A stretch of DNA of 64,000 nucleotides from Bacilli bacterium (GTDB lineage Bacteria; Bacillota_I; Bacilli_A; RFN20; CAG-826), in contig JAKSVK010000002.1 of NCBI GenBank assembly GCA_024408075.1, forward strand, positions 19,676 to 83,675. The letters are read 5' to 3'. The notes beneath the pieces were generated by a model that was given only the letters and a program-made list of their open reading frames with translations, was not told the DNA's origin and did no database searches. This document shows, piece by piece, positions 1 through 13,148 of the stretch. Position numbers and translations under genes: made by a program. Every line of letters starts with the position of its first letter. The stretch's first letter is position 1.

Positions 1-430
1 ATAATGGATTTTTCTCGACTTCAACTTTTCCAGAATAAACATCAGCAAAATAAGAAATACCTTGAAGAGTAAAAAACGAGATTCCAAGTGGAACTCCAAC
101 TGTAGAAAATACTCCACTAAAAGTTGAAACATTGTATTGTCTAAATATATAGCTTAAATATTTAAAAAATAATAAAGGTAATAAGGATAAAACAATTCCT
201 AAAATCAATGTCCATTTTTTCTTATATTTTTTAATTAAAAATGAATACCCATAAAAATATGCAATTATGGCAACAAATATTCCTAAAGCAATAAAGCCTC
301 CACCAATAGAATAGAAAACTAAGTTTGCTAAAAGTAAAAGAGGTAATCTCACTTTTGCTTTCTTAACAAAAATAAATATCACCAATATGGCAATAAAAAA
401 TATTAAGAATTCGAGTGAGAAAAAGTTCAT
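1..430 (-). CDS. MBOAT-family membrane O-acyltransferase (AlgI/DltB-like), N-terminal part; gene continues beyond the window start
   Basis: Own translation of the reverse strand from ATG 430-428 gives MNFFSLEFLIFFIAILV...VGVPLGISFFTLQGISYFADVYSGKVEVEKNPL, open to the window edge. The GISFFT-Q-ISY--DVY-G block is the AlgI/DltB signature. It is absent from the ORF track because it is truncated. Confidence 0.6.
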   Translation of the reverse strand, partial: MNFFSLEFLIFFIAILVIFIFVKKAKVRLPLLLLANLVFYSIGGGFIALGIFVAIIAYFYGYSFLIKKYKKKWTLILGIVLSLLPLLFFKYLSYIFRQYNVSTFSGVFSTVGVPLGISFFTLQGISYFADVYSGKVEVEKNPL

Positions 431-455
431 AAATAATAATAAATTATTTAAATTT

Positions 456-532
456 TGGCGCGCTTGAGACGATTCGAACGTCCGACCCCTTCCTTAGGAG
501 GGAAGTGCTCTATCCAACTGAGCTACAAGCGC
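456..532 (-). tRNA. tRNA-Arg (anticodon CCT), CCA encoded
   Basis: The reverse complement is GCGCTTGTAGCTCAGTTGGATAGAGCACTTCCCTCCTAAGGAAGGGGTCGGACGTTCGAATCGTCTCAAGCGCGCCA. It has a 7-bp acceptor stem GCGCTTG/CAAGCGC, an anticodon arm CTTCC-CTCCTAA-GGAAG, a T-loop TTCGAAT, and is locally GC-rich. Confidence 0.9.
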
Positions 533-544
533 ATAAAGATACAA

Positions 545-1561
545 CTATTTGTCATATCCTTTTGGGTTGTTTTTCTGCCAATTCCAAGAATCACGGCAAG
601 CATCAACAATATTTAGTTTTGCTTTCCAACCCATTTCTTTAAATGCTTTAGTTGCATCAGCATAATTTTCATCAACATCACCTGGACGTCTATCACAAAT
701 TACATAAGGAACTTTGATGTTATTTGCTTTTTCAAATGCATTAACTAAGTCTAATACTGAGGTACCAGTTCCTGTACCTAAGTTATAAATAACTAATCCA
801 GGTTTTTCTTCAAGTTTTCTAAGAGCAGCTAAGTGTCCTGATGCTAAATCAACAACGTGAATATAATCTCTTACACCAGTTCCGTCATGGGTTTTATAGT
901 CACTACCAAAAACATTTAAGTGATCACGTTTTCCAACTGCAACTTGAGTAATATAAGGCATTAAGTTATTTGGAATTCCTTGAGGATCTTCACCAATTAA
1001 ACCACTTTTATGAGCACCAATTGGATTGAAGTATCTTAAAATTGCAATATTCATATCCTTATGTTGTTCAGCTTCATATTTAAGGATATATTCGATATCT
1101 AATTTTGTTTCACCATACGGGTTAGTACATCCACCAATGTTATCATCTTCTTTAAGAGGCACATGGTCAGGTACACCATATACCGTAGCGCTTGATGAAA
1201 AGACAATATTCTTAACATTAAACTCATGCATAAGTTTTAAAAGTGTTAAAGAAGAACCAATATTGTTTGAATAATAGAGGCCTGGTTTTTGAGTAGATTC
1301 ACCTACACTTTTTAATCCAGCAAAATGAATAACATCTGTAATTTTTTCTTTCTCAAAAACAGTTCTTAAACCTTGCTCATTACATACATCAATTTCATAA
1401 AATCTTGGCTTTTTGCCGGTGATTTTGAAAATTCTGTTTAAAACTTCTGGTTTTGAATTTACATAATTATCAACTATCACAACATCATAATTGTGTTCTA
1501 ATAAATCAACAACTGTGTGGCTTCCAATATAGCCTGTTCCGCCTGTTACTAATACTGCCAT
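545..1561 (-). CDS. galE: UDP-glucose 4-epimerase
   Basis: 338 aa. N-terminal Rossmann motif VLVTGGTGYIGSH, a YGETK catalytic-type block and full-length GalE-like sequence. Confidence 0.9.
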   Translation of the reverse strand: MAVLVTGGTGYIGSHTVVDLLEHNYDVVIVDNYVNSKPEVLNRIFKITGKKPRFYEIDVCNEQGLRTVFEKEKITDVIHFAGLKSVGESTQKPGLYYSNNIGSSLTLLKLMHEFNVKNIVFSSSATVYGVPDHVPLKEDDNIGGCTNPYGETKLDIEYILKYEAEQHKDMNIAILRYFNPIGAHKSGLIGEDPQGIPNNLMPYITQVAVGKRDHLNVFGSDYKTHDGTGVRDYIHVVDLASGHLAALRKLEEKPGLVIYNLGTGTGTSVLDLVNAFEKANNIKVPYVICDRRPGDVDENYADATKAFKEMGWKAKLNIVDACRDSWNWQKNNPKGYDK

Positions 1562-1564
1562 AAT

Positions 1565-2989
1565 TTATCTCCTATTCATTTCTTCAATAATGAGTTTGCT
1601 TGTTAATGATGGGTTTGCTTTTCCTTGTGTTTGTTTCATTACTTGACCAACAAAGAAACCAAGAACTCTATCTTTACCAGCTTTATAGTCTGCAATTAAG
1701 TTTGGATTAGCATCTAGTAAAACTGTAATAATTGGTAATAATGCACTTTCATCACTAACTTGAGAAGTACCAGATTTTGAAATAATAGTTTCTGGATCTT
1801 CATTTGAATTTATCATTTCAGCAAAAATGTCTTTTGCTTGTTTACTTGAAACCTTGCCTTCACTAATAAGGTTTACTAATTTTCCTAACATAAGAGGATC
1901 AACTTTAAAGTTAGAAATTGAAATATTATTTTTATTTAAATAAGATTGGACATCACCAATCACCCAATTAGCAATTAGTTTAGGATTAGCTTTGCTAAGT
2001 AATGCCTTATCAAAATAATCAGATGTCTCTTTATTAACAAGAAGTAAAGAGGAATCGTAATCGTTTAAACCAAGTTCTTTATATCTAATAAGTCTTGCTT
2101 CTGCAAGTTCTGGAGAAGACTTAATTGCGTCTTCAATAAATTCTTTGCTTAACTTAATTGGTGGAATATTTGGTTCTGTGAAGTATTTATAATCAACAGC
2201 ATCTGTTTTTAAACGCATAATAACTGTTTCTTGACTACCTTCATCAAATCTTCTGGTCTCTTGTTCAATTTTTCCACCACAATCAAGAACCAGAGCTTGT
2301 CTATTAATCTCAAAATCAATTGCAGTTTGAATATTTGCAATACTATTTAAGTTTTTGATTTCAACTTTTGTACCAAGTTTATCGCTTCCTTTTTCTTTGA
2401 TAGAAACGTTAACGTCACATCTGAGTGATCCTTCTTCCATTTTTCCATCACTAACATCAAGGAATGAAACTATAGAACGAATTTTTTCAACATATTTAGC
2501 TGCTTCTTCACCACTTGTTAAATCTGGTTTAGAAACAATTTCAATTAAAGGAATCCCTGCGCGATTGTAGTCGAGTAAAGAGAAATCCCAAGAGTGTAAT
2601 TGCTTACATGTATCTTCTTCCATGTGAAGTCTTTCAACTCTAATTTTCTTCTCACCATTAGATGTATTAATGGTTAAGTAACCATTACTACCAATTGGTC
2701 TAAATTGTTGAGTAATTTGATAGCCTTTTGGTAAGTCGCTATAGAAATAATTTTTTCTTTCAAAAATAACTGTGTCATCAATGGACATATGAAGAGCATT
2801 GCTAACTCTAATTGCATTAATGACTGCTTGTTTATTTACAGTTGGCATTGTTCCAGGGAAAGCCATATCAACTACGCTAACATTTGTATTTGGATCAAAG
2901 CCATAAGAAACAGGAGATGAGGAAAACATTTTTGATTTTGTTTTCATCTCAACATGGATTTCAAGACCAATAACTGCTGTATATTCCAT
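1565..2989 (-). CDS. gatB: Asp/Glu-tRNA amidotransferase subunit B
   Basis: GatB-like along the whole length (MEYTAVIGLEIHVE...). The start is set at ATG 2989, preceded by AGGAG; the track ORF start at 3010 is an in-frame upstream extension. Confidence 0.9.
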   Translation of the reverse strand: MEYTAVIGLEIHVEMKTKSKMFSSSPVSYGFDPNTNVSVVDMAFPGTMPTVNKQAVINAIRVSNALHMSIDDTVIFERKNYFYSDLPKGYQITQQFRPIGSNGYLTINTSNGEKKIRVERLHMEEDTCKQLHSWDFSLLDYNRAGIPLIEIVSKPDLTSGEEAAKYVEKIRSIVSFLDVSDGKMEEGSLRCDVNVSIKEKGSDKLGTKVEIKNLNSIANIQTAIDFEINRQALVLDCGGKIEQETRRFDEGSQETVIMRLKTDAVDYKYFTEPNIPPIKLSKEFIEDAIKSSPELAEARLIRYKELGLNDYDSSLLLVNKETSDYFDKALLSKANPKLIANWVIGDVQSYLNKNNISISNFKVDPLMLGKLVNLISEGKVSSKQAKDIFAEMINSNEDPETIISKSGTSQVSDESALLPIITVLLDANPNLIADYKAGKDRVLGFFVGQVMKQTQGKANPSLTSKLIIEEMNRR

Positions 2990-2990
2990 A

Positions 2991-4448
2991 TTATTTCTCC
3001 TTCCCAGCAACTAATGAACTGAGTCCAGTTGCTTTTTCGAGTGAATTTGCAATCTTTAATAAATTTGATTCATCGAAAGGTTTTGCTGTTAAGTTAGCGC
3101 CAAATGGTAATCCATTTTCAAATCCAATTGGTAATGTAATAGATGGGAAACCACCCATATTTCCATAGGCCAAATAGTTATCAGCAATTAAGTATTCATT
3201 AGATAAGGTATCTGAAACGCTATCCATTAAAGGAGCAGCACTTGGAGAAGCAGGGCAATAAATTGCATCATAGTTCTCAAAAACTTTATTAAATGCATCA
3301 ACAATTAATCGTCTGCATTTTTGTGCTCTTATAAATAACTCGTTAGCGTTTTCACTTAAAAGTGAGAAACTGCCAATAACAAATCTTCTTTTAATTAATT
3401 CTGAGAAGCCATTATTTCTGGTATTTATCATAACTTGTTCGAATGAATCACCTTCAATACGATTACCAAATTTAATACCATCTAAATTAGCATTGTTGCT
3501 AGTAGCTTCTGCACAAGAAATAATAATGTAAGTAGGATAAATAGCTTTTAGCAATTTAATATCAACACTAACTTCATCAACAATCGCTCCATTATCACGA
3601 AGCATATTAATGCTCTTGTTAAATGCATCAATTATTGTTTTGTTATTTATGCTATCTACAATTTCTTTTATTACTGCAATTTTTTTACCTTTAATAGAAT
3701 CATTAATGTTTTTGACAAAGTCAACAACTGGAACTAATGAAGAAGAAGCATCTTTTTCATCACGTCCAGCCAAGACATTTAATGTTAAAGCTGCATCCTC
3801 AACTGTTCTATTAAAATAGGCAACGTGATCTAATGATGTTGCAAATGGGAATAAACCGTATCTCGAAATTCTTCCCCAAGTCGGTTTAAAACCAACAAGT
3901 CCAGCATTATTAGCAGGTTTTCTTACTGAGTCACCAGTATCAGAACCAACTGCAAATGGGACAATTCCACCACTTATTGCGGCAGCACTTCCACAGGAAG
4001 ATCCACCAATTAAGTGTTGATGAGTAGGATCCCAAGGATTAAATGTAGTTCCAAGATGTCCGGTAGTTCCACTACCACCCATAGCTAATTCATCAAGTGT
4101 AGTTTTTCCAATTAAAATTGCACCAGCTTTTTTAAGTCTTAATGCAACCTCACTTGAAAATAAAGGGATATAGCCTTTTAAAATATTGCTTGATCCTGTT
4201 GTCGGAATATCTTTTGTAGAAAAATTATCTTTGATAACAATTGGGATACCGTAAAAAATAGAATCCTTTAGTTTTGGATCTAAATTTTTAACTTCTTCAA
4301 TTGCTTCTTTTTCACAAATATATTCAAAAGCATTGTTGTTATCTTTTCTAGCTAATTCTAAAGAATCTTTTACTAATTGTTCGGGTGTTACTTTGCCAGA
4401 AACAATGAGATTATGAAGTTCAACGAGAGAAAGTGATAAGTAATTCAT
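2991..4448 (-). CDS. gatA: Glu-tRNA(Gln) amidotransferase subunit A
   Basis: 485 aa with the amidase signature (GGSSCGSAAAI, GSDTGDSVRKPA). It sits in gatC-gatA-gatB order. Confidence 0.9.
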   Translation of the reverse strand: MNYLSLSLVELHNLIVSGKVTPEQLVKDSLELARKDNNNAFEYICEKEAIEEVKNLDPKLKDSIFYGIPIVIKDNFSTKDIPTTGSSNILKGYIPLFSSEVALRLKKAGAILIGKTTLDELAMGGSGTTGHLGTTFNPWDPTHQHLIGGSSCGSAAAISGGIVPFAVGSDTGDSVRKPANNAGLVGFKPTWGRISRYGLFPFATSLDHVAYFNRTVEDAALTLNVLAGRDEKDASSSLVPVVDFVKNINDSIKGKKIAVIKEIVDSINNKTIIDAFNKSINMLRDNGAIVDEVSVDIKLLKAIYPTYIIISCAEATSNNANLDGIKFGNRIEGDSFEQVMINTRNNGFSELIKRRFVIGSFSLLSENANELFIRAQKCRRLIVDAFNKVFENYDAIYCPASPSAAPLMDSVSDTLSNEYLIADNYLAYGNMGGFPSITLPIGFENGLPFGANLTAKPFDESNLLKIANSLEKATGLSSLVAGKEK

Positions 4449-4753
4449 TATCCCACCACCTTTGGAAGTCTGATTTGTCCATCGACAACATCCTTCGCAT
4501 TTTTTAATGCATCTTCTCTTTTAAGAGGTTCGCTTGTTTTATCTTCCCTAAGGAATGAATTTGTTACATCAAAAGGAAAAGTCATTGGCTCGACTTTATC
4601 AACATTTTCGATCTCCCCAATTAATTCCATTTGTTTAATTATGTGTTTAAATTCAATTAGCAAGCGTTGAACTTCGTCATCTTTCAGAGAAAACATGAGT
4701 TTATTAGCTGCTTCTTGTAAAACACTCTCATTTACTTCTTTCATATTAATCAC
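4448..4753 (-). CDS. gatC: Asp/Glu-tRNA amidotransferase subunit C
   Basis: 101 aa, directly upstream of gatA with a 1-nt stop/start overlap. GGTGA lies 5 nt before the ATG. Confidence 0.8.
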   Translation of the reverse strand: MINMKEVNESVLQEAANKLMFSLKDDEVQRLLIEFKHIIKQMELIGEIENVDKVEPMTFPFDVTNSFLREDKTSEPLKREDALKNAKDVVDGQIRLPKVVG

Positions 4754-4792
4754 CGATTAATGATTTTATCAAAGATAAGATTTTAAAGGAAT

Positions 4793-4821
4793 AAAAAAAG
4801 CATTTAGTTTAAAATAAATGC
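4793..4821 (-). terminator. Rho-independent terminator after ligA
   Basis: Stem GCATTTA/TAAATGC (4800-4806 / 4815-4821), followed on the minus strand by a 7-T run (forward A-run 4793-4799). Confidence 0.6.
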
Positions 4822-4855
4822 TATCTTTTTAAATTTTATAAATCTACTAGGTAGG

Positions 4856-9057
<4,202 letters not shown>

Positions 9058-9063
9058 AGCAAT

Positions 9064-9092
9064 ATACTATCACAAAAAATTGTCTTATTCAA
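9064..9092 (-). promoter_or_regulatory. sigma-70-type promoter of pcrA; the -10 box ends 6 nt before the ATG (leaderless candidate)
   Basis: The reverse strand reads TTGAAT (9092-9087), a 17-bp spacer, TGATAGTAT (9072-9064), attgct, then ATG (9057). There is no Shine-Dalgarno sequence. Confidence 0.55.
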
Positions 9093-9103
9093 TTGAAACA
9101 AAT

Positions 9104-9529
9104 TTATTTGTTCTCTATGAATACAGTAATAGCTGATTTACCCAGAAAATAATTGGAAACAGCATTTTTCGTAATCTCAATTAAAGAAGGAATCCCAACA
9201 ATACCAAACTCACTTATTTCATTACAGCCAATAACAGAATTAACGTTTTCTTTATATATAAATCCATCGGTCACATTACAGAAATATAGCACGTTAGTTG
9301 TTGTTTGATTGTACTCTAACATTTGAGCTTTTAGATTGGCACAATATCCACAAGTAAGACTGTAAAAATAAACATAATATAGTTCATCCTCTTGTTTGAG
9401 CACATCTTCCCAAACAATATGAGATTCTTGAGGGTAGTCTAAAACTAAAGGCTGTTGGTAAATTTCTTGATCCGCAGTTCCACAGCCAGTCAACAAAACT
9501 AATAAAGGAAATAGCTTAAATAATTTCAT
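9104..9529 (-). CDS. thioredoxin-fold lipoprotein (CxxC)
   Basis: Signal peptide with lipobox LLTGC, a CGYC motif in a thioredoxin-like context, and a strong SD (GGAGGGG) before the ATG. Confidence 0.6.
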   Translation of the reverse strand: MKLFKLFPLLVLLTGCGTADQEIYQQPLVLDYPQESHIVWEDVLKQEDELYYVYFYSLTCGYCANLKAQMLEYNQTTTNVLYFCNVTDGFIYKENVNSVIGCNEISEFGIVGIPSLIEITKNAVSNYFLGKSAITVFIENK

Positions 9530-9603
9530 ACCCCTCCACTTATATATAGTCTATGAAAAGCGATTTTTAGGTAATTTTTTTGAAAAATTGTTATTATTGT
9601 CTT

Positions 9604-10515
9604 ATGAAATTCTTTAATAAAAAGGAAACTATAGTTGAAAATATCTCGTTTTTTTCAATCATGTCAGCTATCAATGTCATATTTGTAATGCTGACAGCTA
9701 TTTTTCCTCCATTAATGTTTCTTATAGTATTTATTCTTCCTTTAACAAGTGCTGTAGTTACATTACTTTGCAAAAAGAAATACTATTTTATTTATTTTAT
9801 AGTTACAGTTGGTCTTTGTTTACTTTGCAGTTTTGGTATCTACATGTATGATACTTTTTTCTATGTTATACCTGCTTTAATAACTGGCCTTATCTTTGGA
9901 ATTTTAATAGAAAAAAATGTTCCTCCAATCCACATTTTAACAGTTACTACTATAATTCAATATGTGCTAACTATTTTAACCTTCATTATATTAGATAAGA
10001 TACTACCAAGTTTTGATTTCTTTTCTCGACTATACAACATCTTTGGTTTAAATAATTTCAAATTTAAAGACGAGTTTTTCCATATATTTTGTTTTCTTTT
10101 AGCCTCAATTCAAAATTTATTTTCATTTGTATTTATATATTATTTCTTAAAAAGATTTCAATTTTCATTTAACCTTAAAAGTGATAACAAGTTATTAATA
10201 AATATCGGTTCTTTTTGTACATCGGTTCTTGCAATAATCGGTTACTTTATTTATTCCCCACTAGTCTATATTGGTATATTCCTTTCAATGTTTTATTTTG
10301 TATATCAAACGATTGAGTTAATACTAACAAAAAATAAGGGTTTAATAATTTCATTAGTAGTAATGTTCATAATAATGCTTTTTGCATATCCACTACTTTA
10401 TAGCTACCCAAAAAGACCGCTAGCAATCATCTTACTTCTCATTTTAATTGGACCTGTTAATATACTTGACCTTTGTAATAATACTTTATTAAAACGCCAA
10501 GTTTATATAGAATAG
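9604..10515 (+). CDS. polytopic membrane protein, unknown function
   Basis: About 8 hydrophobic helices. The start is set at ATG 9604 (MKFFNKKE...); the track start at 9580 is a TTG. Confidence 0.5.
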   Translation: MKFFNKKETIVENISFFSIMSAINVIFVMLTAIFPPLMFLIVFILPLTSAVVTLLCKKKYYFIYFIVTVGLCLLCSFGIYMYDTFFYVIPALITGLIFGILIEKNVPPIHILTVTTIIQYVLTILTFIILDKILPSFDFFSRLYNIFGLNNFKFKDEFFHIFCFLLASIQNLFSFVFIYYFLKRFQFSFNLKSDNKLLINIGSFCTSVLAIIGYFIYSPLVYIGIFLSMFYFVYQTIELILTKNKGLIISLVVMFIIMLFAYPLLYSYPKRPLAIILLLILIGPVNILDLCNNTLLKRQVYIE

Positions 10516-10519
10516 TGTC

Positions 10520-10948
10520 ATGGGAAAATTTGTAAAAAGTATCTTGAAGGGACTCCTATATGTTGTTTGTTTTCCTGCTTTAGTTGCAGGCATTTTATTA
10601 TTTGCAATTTTTTCAATTTTTATTTTTCTTTTCCAGCTTGGTAAATTAATTTATTTATTTTTCACTGGAAGAACATTGTTTTCAGATTTAGATGAAGATA
10701 TTAAAGCCAAACAAATATTAGCAGGCGAACAACCTAAAGATAATCAACCTGTACCATCTTCAAGTCCTTTTTCTATGTATCCAAATGAAGAAGAACTTTT
10801 TAATGAACAATATCCTGAAGCAGAAAGTAACAAAGAAACTCCTCAGGAAGAGCAACCACAAGAAGATGCTAATTTTGAAGAAGAACCAAATGTTGAATCA
10901 AATGATCAACAAATAGATAACAATGAGGAGGGTGAACATGAAAATTAA
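10520..10948 (+). CDS. small membrane protein with acidic low-complexity C-terminal tail
   Basis: 142 aa with two N-terminal hydrophobic helices followed by an E/Q/N/P-rich tail. It starts 4 nt after the preceding gene. Confidence 0.5.
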   Translation: MGKFVKSILKGLLYVVCFPALVAGILLFAIFSIFIFLFQLGKLIYLFFTGRTLFSDLDEDIKAKQILAGEQPKDNQPVPSSSPFSMYPNEEELFNEQYPEAESNKETPQEEQPQEDANFEEEPNVESNDQQIDNNEEGEHEN

Positions 10949-11615
10949 TATTCTGCTTTCACTTTCTGAATCAGATAAAAGACTAATATTTGTCCTTATC
11001 TTAGTTATTCTTTTAGCTTTAGCTATTTTAGGAATTTTAAGCTATTTAATTGTTAAACTTATTAAGCATCAAGGTAAAAAAGCTGACACTTTAGTTCATG
11101 ATGTTGTTGTAACCAAAGTTATAACTGATAGTCGTCATTTTAAAAGTTATGCAAGAAAGAAAAACTGGGCCAAATTCTTCAAACAAGCATATATCCCTGT
11201 AATTATTTGCGTTGTCGGAATAATCGTCTGGATAATCAAATGCGCAATTATTAAAGATTTTAGTTACAATCCATTTAATACAAAAGATGGATTTGGCACT
11301 ATTTTCTACACATTTAGATATTCTAATGAATACACTGGTGGTTTCTTAATTAGATTTAATAAACTAGTTGTTGATAATTACCCACACATGGTCAAAGAAG
11401 GTTGGGCAGGATACATTTGTGGACCATTATTTATTGTTTCTACACTCTGGTATTTAGGTGTAGTAACCGCTTTAATTGGTAGAAGTATTAAATTAAGAAA
11501 AAGAGCATCAACATTATTTGAAAAAAGCCTTGATGGATATAACCAATCAAAGGCTTTAGATTCAATGGCTGATCAAGATAACTCAACTGGCCAACAAAAT
11601 AATCTCAATAATTAA
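10938..11615 (+). CDS. membrane protein, unknown function
   Basis: The start is set at ATG 10938 (MKINILLSL), preceded by GAGGAGGG. There are 3-4 predicted helices. Confidence 0.5.
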   Translation: MKINILLSLSESDKRLIFVLILVILLALAILGILSYLIVKLIKHQGKKADTLVHDVVVTKVITDSRHFKSYARKKNWAKFFKQAYIPVIICVVGIIVWIIKCAIIKDFSYNPFNTKDGFGTIFYTFRYSNEYTGGFLIRFNKLVVDNYPHMVKEGWAGYICGPLFIVSTLWYLGVVTALIGRSIKLRKRASTLFEKSLDGYNQSKALDSMADQDNSTGQQNNLNN

Positions 11616-11726
11616 ATAAATTAAAAGTAAAGCATCAACAGTAAGAATTAGCCAAAACATACGACGTTTAGCTACCTCTTTTCTTTTTGCTTTAACTTCA
11701 TCAAGATTAAGATTTTGTTCTTCCAT
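11583..11726 (-). CDS. candidate 47-aa tail-anchored membrane peptide downstream of asnS
   Basis: Own translation: MEEQNLNLDEVKAKRKEVAKRRMFWLILTVDALLLIYLIIEIILLAS. The ATG lies 2 nt after the asnS stop (TAA-tt-ATG). It overlaps the 3' end of the convergent gene by 33 nt and has no SD. Confidence 0.3.
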   Translation of the reverse strand: MEEQNLNLDEVKAKRKEVAKRRMFWLILTVDALLLIYLIIEIILLAS

Positions 11727-11728
11727 AA

Positions 11729-13102
11729 TTAATATTTAATTGAGTTACTTGTACGTGGATATGGTTGGACATCACGAATATTTTGCATGCCTGTTACATA
11801 CATTAATAATCTATCAAATCCAATTCCAAATCCAGAGTGAACACATCCACCATATTTTCTAGTATCGAGGTACCATTCAAGACCTTCAGTAATACCTAAT
11901 TTGTCCATTTTTCCTTTTAAGACATCATAGCGTTCTTCTCTTTGGCTTCCACCAACAAGTTCACCAACAGCAGGTACTAATAAGTCACAAGCTGCAACTG
12001 TTTTTCCGTCAGCATTTTCTTTCATATAAAATGCTTTAATTCCGCTTGGATAATCAATTAAGAATAAAGGACCTTTTACGATTTGTTCAGTAAGATATCT
12101 TTCGTGTTCAGATTGTAAATCCATACCCCAGAAAATATCGGAATTTTCAAATTTTACGCCATTTTTGACGGCATTTTTGAGAACTTCTATACCTTCAGTG
12201 TATGTCAATTTTTTGAATTCAGAATTGACAACATGTTTTAATCTTTCAATTAATGTATTGTCAATCATTGTGTTGAAAAATTCCATTTCTTCAGGACAAT
12301 TTTTCAAAACATAATTTATACAATATTTAATACAAGCTTCAATAACTTCCATGTTTCCATTTAAATCACAGAAAGCCATTTCAGGTTCAATCATCCAGAA
12401 CTCACTAGCATGTCTAACAGTATTAGAATGTTCTGCTCTAAATACAGGACCAAAGGTATAGACATTTCTAAATGAAAGAGCGAATGGTTCAACATGTAAT
12501 TGACCAGTAACTGTTAAGTTTACTTTTCTTCCATAGAAATTAAATGGATCTTTTGTATCATGAGTTGTGACATCAAAAACGTTTCCTGCTCCTTCGCCAT
12601 CATTAGTAGTAATTTCAGGTGTATGAACATATAAGAAACCGCGTTCATTAAAGAATTGATGAATAGCAAAAGAAAGTACACTTCTAATTCTAAAAACTGC
12701 TTGGAATGTATTTCCTCTTGGACGAATGTGAGCAATTTCTCTTAAGAATTCAAAACTATGTCTCTTCTTTTGAAGAGGATAATCGTCATCACAATCTCCA
12801 GCAAGTACAACTTCATTAAGTTCAATTTCAAAAGGTTGTTTATTTTCAGGAGTTAATTTTACTGTACCAGTTAGTTCAATAGCAGCACCATTTCTAAGTC
12901 CTGCAACAACATCATGATTTTTTGTATCTTTACCATAAACTAATTGGACATTCTTAAAGAAAGTACCATCATTAAATTCAATGAATCCGATATTGCCATT
13001 ATCACGATTGGTTCTTATCCATCCTTGAAGAGCAACATTTTTATTAGCAAACTCTTTAAAGTTTGTAAATAATTCTTTGTTTGTCGTTTTAATACTTTCC
13101 AT
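11729..13102 (-). CDS. asnS: asparagine--tRNA ligase
   Basis: 457 aa with class IIb motifs (FRAEHSNTVRHASEFWMIEPEMAF, GFGIGFDRL). AGGAG precedes the ATG. Confidence 0.9.
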   Translation of the reverse strand: MESIKTTNKELFTNFKEFANKNVALQGWIRTNRDNGNIGFIEFNDGTFFKNVQLVYGKDTKNHDVVAGLRNGAAIELTGTVKLTPENKQPFEIELNEVVLAGDCDDDYPLQKKRHSFEFLREIAHIRPRGNTFQAVFRIRSVLSFAIHQFFNERGFLYVHTPEITTNDGEGAGNVFDVTTHDTKDPFNFYGRKVNLTVTGQLHVEPFALSFRNVYTFGPVFRAEHSNTVRHASEFWMIEPEMAFCDLNGNMEVIEACIKYCINYVLKNCPEEMEFFNTMIDNTLIERLKHVVNSEFKKLTYTEGIEVLKNAVKNGVKFENSDIFWGMDLQSEHERYLTEQIVKGPLFLIDYPSGIKAFYMKENADGKTVAACDLLVPAVGELVGGSQREERYDVLKGKMDKLGITEGLEWYLDTRKYGGCVHSGFGIGFDRLLMYVTGMQNIRDVQPYPRTSNSIKY

Positions 13103-13148
13103 AATTTTTTCTCCTTTTTAATTATGATATATGAAATCAAGAATGATT

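Noticed and set aside
1026-1274. This and many other 60-90-codon ORFs in the track lie inside, and mostly antisense to, long well-supported genes. The others are 2355-2570, 3610-3819, 4968-5156, 6760-7023, 12520-12735, 13927-14178, 15954-16136, 18430-18621, 18912-19118, 21390-21605, 22945-23172, 23288-23536, 24999-25184, 25227-25418, 27796-28014, 28336-28521, 31096-31350, 31649-31861, 32378-32572, 33814-34038, 34018-34215, 34099-34308, 36307-36567, 38901-39134, 44658-44861, 47737-47973, 49095-49289, 51093-51329, 55700-55894, 57801-58007, 58882-59064, 59259-59492 and 61396-61596.
   Set aside because: They are shadow ORFs of the kind expected in AT-rich coding DNA. They have no SD or promoter signals, low-complexity or odd composition, and each is fully explained by the overlapping recognisable gene.
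10740-10940. GAA/CAA-rich low-complexity DNA that looks like a tandem repeat.
   Set aside because: There is no exact repeat unit. It simply encodes the acidic E/Q/N/P-rich tail of the 10520-10948 protein.
13103-13148. Looked for a T-box leader upstream of asnS.
   Set aside because: Only 46 bp separate asnS from tsaD. That is too short for a T-box, and no specifier or antiterminator elements are visible.
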